From an uncultured Actinomycetes bacterium (GTDB lineage Bacteria; Chloroflexota; Dormibacteria; Aeolococcales; Aeolococcaceae): a stretch of DNA of 64,000 nt. Numbering within the stretch: the first letter of the stretch is position 1; each line of letters opens with the position of its first letter. The translations under genes were made by a program, and so were the position numbers. A model generated the notes under the pieces. That model saw only the letters and a program-made list of their open reading frames with translations, ran no database searches and was not told the DNA's origin. The stretch is taken from NCBI GenBank assembly GCA_964499205.1, contig CAZCJX010000003.1:8174-72173 (forward strand). Reading direction: 5' to 3'. This document shows, in pieces, positions 25,558-33,245 of this stretch.

Positions 25558-26633
25558 ACCGCCGCCTGCATGCGCTGCCGCAGGTGCGACCACGGCTCCA
25601 CCTCGCCGAGCGCGGCGCGGCGCCTGGCCCAGTCGTCGTCGGCGGTGCGCAGCTTCAGCGCCTCGGCGTCGATGCCGTGCAGGCGCAGCAGGTTCTCGCC
25701 GAGCACCTTGCGCTTCACCGTCTCGGTGAGCGGCGGGTAGCCGTAGCCCTCGACCAGGTCGCGCGGCATCTCGAACTCGAGGATCTCGTTGACCGTCTGC
25801 ATCGGGTGGACGAAGGCGCAGCCGCTGGAGAAGAGGATGCGGTCCTCGCCGCCGCTGGCCAGGAACTTGCCCATGAACTCGCCGAAGCGGCGCGGCGCGT
25901 TGATCACGAAGGAGCTGGTCACCTCGAGGTTGCACCAGACGTTGGCGAAGCTGCCCACCAGCAGCGCCGTCTCCTCGACGAAGGCGAAGCCGGTGTGCAC
26001 CACCTCGAAGTTCATCTCGGGATAGCGGGCGCACGCCTCGGGCAGGTCGCGCATGCCGTAGGGTGCGGGATGCACCGGGCCGAAGGGAATCGCCTTGTGG
26101 GTCGCGATCACCCTGATCCCCAGCTCCAGCGCCTTCTCGATGAAGGGAAAGCCCAGCTGGGGGTCGTCCAGCGCCACCTCGGTGGTGTGGCCGCCCGCGT
26201 AGGTGGCGGCGTACACCTTGACGCCGTCGATGCCGTGATCCTTGACCATGCGCTCCATCTCGTCGAGCGCCTTCTTTCCCTCGTAGGGGTTGACCGCGCC
26301 GTAGACCAGCACCCGTCCGGGGGCGAGGTCGCGCAGCTCGAAGCCCTTGTGGGTGGCCGAGTGGCCGTCCTTGTAGAAGTCGAAGATCGGCGTGCCGTGG
26401 TGCACGGCGAGGTCGATCGGCGACTCCAGGAAGAGGACCTCGGCCAGCTCCTCGGCCTGCCAGTCGCGGCCGAACTCCTCGGCGGTGAGCCGGTAGGCGT
26501 CGTCGCGGGTCACCGAGGCGTGGAAGCCGGGACCCGCCTGGCTGGTGATGCGAGCCTCGGGGATCGCCCAGTTCGACTCGGTCCAGTTGTAGCCGTGCAC
26601 CGTCGCGTCCGCGATGATCATGTCCCCGATCAC
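25554..26633 (-). CDS. amidohydrolase-2-like metal-dependent hydrolase (divergent subfamily)
   Basis: 359 aa TIM-barrel hydrolase pattern (IIADATVHGYN, GIDGVKVY, VIATHKA, FEVVHTG, ILFSSGCAF). GTG 26633 forms a GTGA overlap; alternative ATG 26621. Confidence 0.7.
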   Translation of the reverse strand: MIGDMIIADATVHGYNWTESNWAIPEARITSQAGPGFHASVTRDDAYRLTAEEFGRDWQAEELAEVLFLESPIDLAVHHGTPIFDFYKDGHSATHKGFELRDLAPGRVLVYGAVNPYEGKKALDEMERMVKDHGIDGVKVYAATYAGGHTTEVALDDPQLGFPFIEKALELGIRVIATHKAIPFGPVHPAPYGMRDLPEACARYPEMNFEVVHTGFAFVEETALLVGSFANVWCNLEVTSSFVINAPRRFGEFMGKFLASGGEDRILFSSGCAFVHPMQTVNEILEFEMPRDLVEGYGYPPLTETVKRKVLGENLLRLHGIDAEALKLRTADDDWARRRAALGEVEPWSHLRQRMQAAV

Positions 26634-27634
26634 AGCTCACTCTCCGTGTGTGTGCCCACTCCGATGCTGTCGAGCAGCGCCGCCTCGCCGGTTGTGGCCA
26701 GAGGTGGCAGCAACGTCCACTGCCGCAGGCGCGTGCTGTGCGCGCCCACCGGCGACTCCTCGGTGAATCCCATCGCCCCGTGCACCTGGTGCGCGGTGCG
26801 GGCCACCTCCAGGGCGGCGGCCGAGGCCACCGCACGCGCGCCGGCGCAGAGCTGCACCGCGGCGCCGTCCGCGTCCGCGCCGCCGCCAGTTGCGCCGCGG
26901 TTGTCGAGCGCCTCGGCCGCGGACTGCGCCAGGCAGCCCGCGTTGTGCAGCCCGACGTGGCCGGCCGCGAGCGGGAAGGCAACGCCCTGGAAGCCGCCAA
27001 TGGCACGGCCGAACTGCTGGCGGGTGCGGGCGTGCTCGGCGGCGAGGTCGAGCAGCCGCGAGGCGGCGCCGAGCAGCAGCGCGGCGACCGCGAGGTGGCC
27101 GATCGCGGTGGCAGCCGCGGCGGCGGGAAGCGGATGCGCGGACACCGCGTGTCCGGTGGCGTCGATGCGCGCCCAGGGTTCCCGGCCCAGCGTCTCGACC
27201 CTGCGCCGCGGCGTGGCGGCGGCCTCCGAGACCAGCCAGAAGGACGTTTCTGTGGCGCTGATCAGCACGTCCGCGTCGGCGCCCCAGGGGAACAGGCCCT
27301 CGGCGCCGACCGACACCACCGCCTCACCGCTGCGCACCGCGGCGAGGACCGACCGGTCGGTCAGCAGCAGCGGCGCCATCGCCGTGGCCACCAGCGGCCC
27401 CGGGCACAGCGCCGCACCCAGCTCGCGGTACACCGCGAGCATCCACGACGCCTCGCCCTCACCGCCGCCGAGACCGAGCACCCCCAGCTCACCGAGCCGC
27501 CGCCACAGCGTGCGCGGCAGCACCACCTCGTCGCGACTGCGCGGCGCGGTGCCGAGCTCGGCGGCGCAGAGACGGCGCACGCCGTCGACGAAGTCGCGCA
27601 GCTCCGGCGGTGCCGCGGTGGCGAGCTGGTTCAC
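26630..27634 (-). CDS. short acyl-CoA dehydrogenase-like protein (possible non-catalytic partner subunit)
   Basis: 334 aa starting at GTG 27634 (GTGA overlap). ACAD C-terminal helices (FGRAIGGFQGVAFPLA, HQVHGAMGFTEE), but the usual YEGT catalytic-Glu region reads LATTGEA. Confidence 0.7.
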   Translation of the reverse strand: MNQLATAAPPELRDFVDGVRRLCAAELGTAPRSRDEVVLPRTLWRRLGELGVLGLGGGEGEASWMLAVYRELGAALCPGPLVATAMAPLLLTDRSVLAAVRSGEAVVSVGAEGLFPWGADADVLISATETSFWLVSEAAATPRRRVETLGREPWARIDATGHAVSAHPLPAAAAATAIGHLAVAALLLGAASRLLDLAAEHARTRQQFGRAIGGFQGVAFPLAAGHVGLHNAGCLAQSAAEALDNRGATGGGADADGAAVQLCAGARAVASAAALEVARTAHQVHGAMGFTEESPVGAHSTRLRQWTLLPPLATTGEAALLDSIGVGTHTESEL

Positions 27635-29157
27635 GCCGGCTGCTCCGCCAGCAGCGCGGCGCGGCGCAGCGCCTGGCGGTCGAGCTTGAGCGTGGTGGTG
27701 CGGGGGAACTCGCTGACGATGCGAAAGCGCTTGGGCACCTTGTACCCGGCCAGCTGCTCGGCGCAGAAGCTGCGCAGCTCGCCGACGTCGAGCCGCGCGC
27801 CCGGCGCGGGAATCACCGCGCACTCCACGCGCTCGCCCCAGGTCGCGTCCTCGACGCCGTAGGCCACGGCGTCGAACACCGCGGCGTGCCGCACCACGAC
27901 GCGCTCCACCTCGGCGGGGAACACGTTCTCGCCGCCGGTCTTGATCAGCTCGCTGATGCGGCCGCTGAGATGCAGGCGCCCGCGCTCGTCGAGCGCACCG
28001 AGGTCACCGGAGCGCAGCGCGCCGTCATCGGTCGTCCGTGCCCGCTCACCGCTGAGGTAGCCGAGCATCGCCATCGGCGAGCGCACCACCACCTCCCCCA
28101 CCTCGCCCGCCGGCAGCACCGTGCCGTCGGGCGCGCGCACCGACAGGTCGACACCGGCGACCGGCCGCCCCACCCCGCACGACGGGTCGAGCACCTCGTC
28201 GGGCCACACCCGCGTCACCGCGCCGAACTCGGTGGCGCCGTAGCCGGTCATGAGTCCGACACCGGGCAGCGCCGCCTGCAGTCGCGCCGGAAAATCCGGC
28301 CCGCTGCGGCTGGCCCCGAACACCACCGAGCGCAGCGCAGAGCGCGGCAGGCGCTCGCGACGCAGCGACAGCATGCGCTCGATCACCACCGGGGTGCCGA
28401 AGAAGCGCGTCACGCTCTCGCTGTCGAGCACGTGCAGCGCCGCATCCTCGTCGAACCGCGGCAGCAGGCGCACCGTCGCGCCCGCGTAGAGCGGCGAGAG
28501 CAGCGAGGTGACCAGGGTCAGGTGGTACATCGGCGAGAAGTACAGCTCGACGTCGGTGCGGCCGATGCCGAGGTGCATGCACGCCGAGACCAGCGCCAGC
28601 GCCAGCCCGCTGTGGCCCCACACCGCGGCCTTGGGCAATCCCGTTGTCCCGCCGGTGGGAAAGGCGATTGCCGGTGCGTCGACGGGCAGCACGTCTGCAG
28701 CGTGCGCCTCCGAGTCGGCGGCGATCGGCGTCGCGCGCAGCAGCGAGCCCAGCGGATCGACGGCGTCGACGCGCAGCGTGGTGCCGAACCCGGTGGCGGC
28801 GATGGCGACGCTGCCGTCGCTCACCACCAGGCGCGGTTCGAGGCGCCGCAGGTAGTCGGCGATCTCGATCGCCGCCAGCCGGGTGTTGAGCGGCGCCGGA
28901 ACCGCGCCCATCGCCATGGCGCCGACGACGACGGCGAGGTACGCCGCCGACGGCTGCATGGCGATGCCGACCCGCTCGCCCGGCTGCACACCGCGCTCGT
29001 GCAGCGCGGCTGCCACGCTCACCGCGTCGTGGTGCAGCTGCGCGTACGTGGTGACGGCGGCGTCCTCGACGATCGCCGGCTTGTCCGCCAGCGAGCGCGC
29101 GTGCAGGGCCAGCACGCGCGGCACCGTCATCAGCGCGAAGCCGCGCGGTGCGCTCAC
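27631..29157 (-). CDS. AMP-dependent acyl-CoA synthetase/ligase
   Basis: Motifs IAFPTGGTTGLPKA, LRSGDLG and the C-terminal KLDRQAL. GTG 29157 forms a GTGA overlap; alternative ATG 29130. Confidence 0.9.
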   Translation of the reverse strand: MSAPRGFALMTVPRVLALHARSLADKPAIVEDAAVTTYAQLHHDAVSVAAALHERGVQPGERVGIAMQPSAAYLAVVVGAMAMGAVPAPLNTRLAAIEIADYLRRLEPRLVVSDGSVAIAATGFGTTLRVDAVDPLGSLLRATPIAADSEAHAADVLPVDAPAIAFPTGGTTGLPKAAVWGHSGLALALVSACMHLGIGRTDVELYFSPMYHLTLVTSLLSPLYAGATVRLLPRFDEDAALHVLDSESVTRFFGTPVVIERMLSLRRERLPRSALRSVVFGASRSGPDFPARLQAALPGVGLMTGYGATEFGAVTRVWPDEVLDPSCGVGRPVAGVDLSVRAPDGTVLPAGEVGEVVVRSPMAMLGYLSGERARTTDDGALRSGDLGALDERGRLHLSGRISELIKTGGENVFPAEVERVVVRHAAVFDAVAYGVEDATWGERVECAVIPAPGARLDVGELRSFCAEQLAGYKVPKRFRIVSEFPRTTTLKLDRQALRRAALLAEQPA

Positions 29158-30308
29158 CCCACTGGCCTCAGGCCGAGCGCGGAGCGCGCCACGATGCCGA
29201 GCAGCATCTCGGTGCTGCCACCGGCCACGGTCTCCATGCGGGTCTGCCGCCAGAGCAGCTCGCTGATGCCGCCCGCGTCCAGCGCGTCGGCGCCGCAGAG
29301 GTCGAATGCGGCGGCGGCGATGTCCTGCGCCAGCGTGCTGCCCAGCACCTTGGTGCACGCCGCGGATACCGGCGAGATCTGCCCCGACGCCGCCTCGGCG
29401 AGGTTGGCGGTGGCGCTCGCCTCGGCCGCCTGCACCCGCGCGGCGAGCAGTGCCAGCGCCCGCCGCACGCCGGCGCGATGCAGCACGTCGCAGCGCGCGC
29501 AGAGCGCGACGAGATCCTCGAGGTCGCGGCGCACCCGACCCGGCATGAACTGCAGGTGGCGCTCCGCGGCGAGTCCCTCGCGGACGATCGCCCACGCCTG
29601 CCCCTCCTCCCCCATCCGCGCCGCGGCAGGAACCTCGACGGCGTCGAGCAGCACCTGGTTGACGTGGTGCCCGTCGATGGTGGGAATCGGCCGCACCGTC
29701 ACGCCGTCGGCATGCAGGTCGACGATCAGCAGCGTCAACGCGCGGCCGTGCTCGTCCTGCGCACCGGTGCGGCAGAGGCACCACAGGTGCTCGGCATGGT
29801 GCGCCTCCGACGTCCACACCTTCTCGCCGCTGACCATGTAGCCCGCGCCGCCGGGGGTGGGCACGGCGCGCGTGCGCACCGCGGCGAGATCGCTGCCGGC
29901 CTCCGGCTCGCTGTAGCCCAGCGCGAAGCAGACGCGACCGGCGCGGATCGCTGGCAGCAGACGCTCGCGCTGCTCGTCGCTGCCGTGGCGCATCAGCACC
30001 CGGGCGACGATGGTGGCGCCGATCTCCGGCCGCGTCGCGCGGCGGTAGGTGAGGCGGTTCCACAGCGTGTACTCGAAGGCCAGCGGCAGCCCGCCGCCGC
30101 CCACCGCGGTGGGCCAGCTCACCGCCAGCATGTCGCGCCGCCCCAGCTCGGCGTAGAGCGTTCGCGCGGCGCCGCCGCGGCCGTGGTAGTACTGCAGCGG
30201 CGCGCCGTCCCATGCGTCGACCACCGCGTCGACCTGGGCGGCGAACTCCTCGAGCCCTGGGTGCGCCCGCATCAGCAGGGCGTCGACGGCGGACGGCGTG
30301 CCGCTCAC
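29154..30308 (-). CDS. acyl-CoA dehydrogenase family protein
   Basis: 384 aa from GTG 30308 (GTGA overlap). Motifs CFALGYSEPEAGSD and GEKVWTSEAH; C-terminal VAGGSTEMLLGIVAR. Confidence 0.85.
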   Translation of the reverse strand: MSGTPSAVDALLMRAHPGLEEFAAQVDAVVDAWDGAPLQYYHGRGGAARTLYAELGRRDMLAVSWPTAVGGGGLPLAFEYTLWNRLTYRRATRPEIGATIVARVLMRHGSDEQRERLLPAIRAGRVCFALGYSEPEAGSDLAAVRTRAVPTPGGAGYMVSGEKVWTSEAHHAEHLWCLCRTGAQDEHGRALTLLIVDLHADGVTVRPIPTIDGHHVNQVLLDAVEVPAAARMGEEGQAWAIVREGLAAERHLQFMPGRVRRDLEDLVALCARCDVLHRAGVRRALALLAARVQAAEASATANLAEAASGQISPVSAACTKVLGSTLAQDIAAAAFDLCGADALDAGGISELLWRQTRMETVAGGSTEMLLGIVARSALGLRPVG

Positions 30309-31090
30309 GTGGTCCACCGCGGCTCGCGCTTCTCGGCGAAGGCCCGGGCCCCCTCGGTGAAGTCGGGATGGTGGCGCTGCAACCGGGCCAGCGCCCAGGC
30401 GTGCTCGGCGGCACCCTCGTGGTCGCGGCCCAGCGAGGACCAGATGCCCTGCTTGCTGAGCATCACCGCGCGCGGCGAGTTCCTGCAGATGATGTCCGCA
30501 ACAGCGTAGGCGGTCTCCATCAGCGCGGCGCGGTCGCAGATCTCGTCGACCAGGCCGAGCTGGAACGCCCGCTGCGCGCTCATCCGGTAGCCGCGGCCGC
30601 ACAGGGTCATGCGCAGCACCGAGCCCAGCGGCAGGCGGTGGGTGAGGCCGACGTTCTCCACCGCGCCGACCATGCCCACCGAGGTGTGCGTGTCCATGAT
30701 CTCGACGTGGTCGGCGGCGACGACGATGTCGGCGTCGGCGACGAAGTGCAGCCCGCCGCCGGCGACCAGGCCGTTGAGGGCGCAGATCACCGGCTTCCAC
30801 ACCCCGTGGGCCAGCGACGACCAGGCGATCTGCTGGCGCGCCGGCCCGTCGCCGGCGGTGGTCTCGCCGCTCTCGGCGACCTCGCCGACGTCGAGCCCGG
30901 TGCAGAAGTGGCGATCGCCGGCACCGGTGACAATCAACACGCGTATCTCGGCATCGGCCATCACGTCGCGCCACACCTCGCGCACCGGCTGGGCCATCGC
31001 CTTCGACAGCGCGTTGCCGCGCTCGGGACGGTCGAGGGTCAGGGTGGCGACGTGGCCACGCTTCTCGTAGCGCAGCCCCGCGGCGTTCAC
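30305..31090 (-). CDS. enoyl-CoA hydratase/isomerase family protein
   Basis: Motif VLIVTGAGDRHFCTGLDVGE. GTG start in a GTGA overlap. Confidence 0.9.
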   Translation of the reverse strand: MNAAGLRYEKRGHVATLTLDRPERGNALSKAMAQPVREVWRDVMADAEIRVLIVTGAGDRHFCTGLDVGEVAESGETTAGDGPARQQIAWSSLAHGVWKPVICALNGLVAGGGLHFVADADIVVAADHVEIMDTHTSVGMVGAVENVGLTHRLPLGSVLRMTLCGRGYRMSAQRAFQLGLVDEICDRAALMETAYAVADIICRNSPRAVMLSKQGIWSSLGRDHEGAAEHAWALARLQRHHPDFTEGARAFAEKREPRWTT

Positions 31091-32331
31091 GACGGCACCC
31101 GCAGGGAGCGGGCGATCTGGCGGCGCAGGATCTCCGAGGCGCCGTCGGCGACGCAGATGCGCCGCGCCTGGTGCCAGGCCTCGCCGAGGCCGACCTCGTT
31201 GGTGAAGCCCATGGCGCCGTGGGTCTGCATCGCGGTGTCGATGGCGCGCACCGCCGCCTCGGTGGAGAACAGCTTGGTCATGGCCAGCTCGGTGCGCGCC
31301 TCGACGCCGCTGTCGAGCAGCCGCGCGCAGTTGAGTCCCATCAGCTGCGCGGCGTGCACCTCGGCGGCGCGGTCGGCCAGGGGAAAGGCGATGCCCTGGT
31401 TGTCGATGATCGGCCGGCCGAAGGTCTGCCGCTCCGAGGCGTAGCGCGCGGCCCGCTCCAGGGCCCAGCGCGCCAGGCCCACGGCGCGCGCCGAGTTGTA
31501 GAGGCGACCGGTGGAAACCCCTTGCATGGCAAGGCGGAATCCCTCACCGGGCACGCCGAGAACGTTCTCCTCGGGGACGTGCACGTCGCTGAAGCTGATG
31601 ATCGCCTCGTCGCCGCCGTGGTGGCCGAAGAAGCGGATCACCCGGTCGACGCCGAAGCCCGGTGCGTCGGTGGGCACCACGAAGGCGGTCACCCCGCCGG
31701 TGCGCTGCGCCGCTGCCGCGTCGTCGGTGACGGCGAAGACCACCGCGTGCGTCGCATAGGGCGCGTTGGTGATCCACTGCTTGGTGCCGTTGAGCAGCCA
31801 GCCGCCGCGCGGGTCGGGGACGGCGCGGGTGCGCATGCGCCACGCGTCGGAGCCGGCGTCGGGCTCGGACATGGCGAAGCAGGTGGTGGTGCGCCCGCTC
31901 AGCAGGTCGGGCAGCAGGCGCTCGCGCAGCGCCGGCGTGGCGTGGTCGAGCAGGCGGCTGGGACCGCGTGCCCAGTGGGCCACGGCGTGATGCCCCAGCC
32001 AGTACTCGGTGCCGCAGTGGTGGAAGATCGTCTGCCAGACGCGGTACAGCGCTTCGAAGCCGAAGCCCTCGCCGCCGGCCTCGGCGAACATGGCGTAGTA
32101 GCCGGCCTGCGCCGACGCCTCGCGCACCGCGCGGATGAGGTCGAGCACCTCGGAGCGGTAGCGGCCGTCGTGGTCGTAGAGGTCGGCACGGTCGACCAGC
32201 TCGTCGTTGCGGCGGCGGTGCAGCGGCACCACCTCGGCATCGAGGAAGCTGCGCAGGCCGTCGAGGATGTCGTCGACGTCGTCGCGGCGCTGCGCGATGC
32301 GGGCAACGGGCGCTGCCGCGCTGGGGCTCAT
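31087..32331 (-). CDS. acyl-CoA dehydrogenase, first gene of the 11-gene operon
   Basis: ATG 32331 (MSPSAAAP). Motifs CFAMSEPDAGSD, GTKQWITNA and the C-terminal GASEILRRQIAR. Confidence 0.9.
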   Translation of the reverse strand: MSPSAAAPVARIAQRRDDVDDILDGLRSFLDAEVVPLHRRRNDELVDRADLYDHDGRYRSEVLDLIRAVREASAQAGYYAMFAEAGGEGFGFEALYRVWQTIFHHCGTEYWLGHHAVAHWARGPSRLLDHATPALRERLLPDLLSGRTTTCFAMSEPDAGSDAWRMRTRAVPDPRGGWLLNGTKQWITNAPYATHAVVFAVTDDAAAAQRTGGVTAFVVPTDAPGFGVDRVIRFFGHHGGDEAIISFSDVHVPEENVLGVPGEGFRLAMQGVSTGRLYNSARAVGLARWALERAARYASERQTFGRPIIDNQGIAFPLADRAAEVHAAQLMGLNCARLLDSGVEARTELAMTKLFSTEAAVRAIDTAMQTHGAMGFTNEVGLGEAWHQARRICVADGASEILRRQIARSLRVPS

Positions 32332-32339
32332 CGCCTCGG

Positions 32340-32369
32340 AGGGTAGGCGAGGGCCTGGCGTTCCGTCAA
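32340..32369 (-). promoter_or_regulatory. candidate promoter of the 11-gene operon (leaderless or near-leaderless)
   Basis: On the minus strand: TTGACG (32369-32364), 18-nt spacer, TACCCT (32345-32340), then 8 nt to ATG 32331. Confidence 0.35.
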
Positions 32370-32467
32370 GCAATTTTTATGAAAACAGGAACTGGAAGAG
32401 GGCATCACTCGCTCGTCACACCCGGCTCCTGGCGCAAACTCCATGAAATCAGGTACCGTCTCTCGGC

Positions 32468-33208
32468 GTGACTGACGCAGCCCAGGCAGGTCCCGCCCGC
32501 CTGCTCGACGACGCGCCCCACGGCGACCGCCGCGCCGCGCCGCGAACCCCCAACCGCGCCATCGCCCTGGCCCGCCAGATCCGCCACGAGGTGGTCGACA
32601 GAGGCTGGCCGGTCGGCGCCGTGCTCGGTTCCGAGGACGAGCTCGCCCGCCGCTACGAGGTCGGCCGTCCCGTGCTCCGCCAGGCGGCGCGCCTGCTCGA
32701 GCACCAGTCGGTGGCGACGATGCGCCGCGGCCCCGGCGGCGGCCTGGTGGTGGTGGCGCCCGACGGCGAATCGGTGACCGAGGCGGTGGCCCTCTACCTG
32801 CAGTTCCGCGACGTCGCCACGCGCTCGCTGTTCGACGCGCGCACCGCGCTGGAGCTGGCCTGCGTCCAGGCGGCCACCGAGCAGCTCACCGAGGGCGGCA
32901 TCGCCCAGCTCCGCCAGATGCTCGATGCCGAACAAACCGGCGCCGCCGGTGACACGGTGGCCCACGCGCAGGACTTCCACACCGCCATCGCCGCGCTCAC
33001 CGGCAACGCCGCCATGGAGCTGTTCGTGCGCAGCCTGGGACGCCTCACCCACGCCCGCACCCAGTCGTCGAGCGACCTGCAGCAGCAGGCCGAGGACGTT
33101 CGCCTGGCCCACCGCCGCATCGCCGAGGCGATGATCGCCGGCGACGCGGGGCTGGCCCGCCACCGCATGCTGCGCCACCTCCAGGCCATCGCCGAGCACC
33201 TGCGATGA
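32468..33208 (+). CDS. GntR-family (FadR/FCD subfamily) transcriptional regulator
   Basis: wHTH SEDELARRYEVGRPVLRQAARLLEHQSVATMRRGPGGGLVV plus a helical FCD-like C-terminus. GTG 32468 is preceded by TACCGT at -8. Divergent from the 11-gene operon. Confidence 0.85.
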   Translation: MTDAAQAGPARLLDDAPHGDRRAAPRTPNRAIALARQIRHEVVDRGWPVGAVLGSEDELARRYEVGRPVLRQAARLLEHQSVATMRRGPGGGLVVVAPDGESVTEAVALYLQFRDVATRSLFDARTALELACVQAATEQLTEGGIAQLRQMLDAEQTGAAGDTVAHAQDFHTAIAALTGNAAMELFVRSLGRLTHARTQSSSDLQQQAEDVRLAHRRIAEAMIAGDAGLARHRMLRHLQAIAEHLR

Positions 33209-33245
33209 CCAGCGAAACGATGTCCCCGACGCGCATCCTGTGACG

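Noticed and set aside
25584-27689. Very long ORFs in the six-frame track. Examples: 584-1663, 2205-3557, 16446-18056, 25584-27689, 27610-29841, 43978-46080, 52... and 60565-62841. Many are 300-750 aa.
   Set aside because: They lie antisense to, or out of frame with, genes that have clear family motifs. Their translations are Arg/Ala/Gly/Pro-rich low-complexity sequence with no motifs. Stop codons are rare in DNA this GC-rich, so long spurious ORFs are expected.
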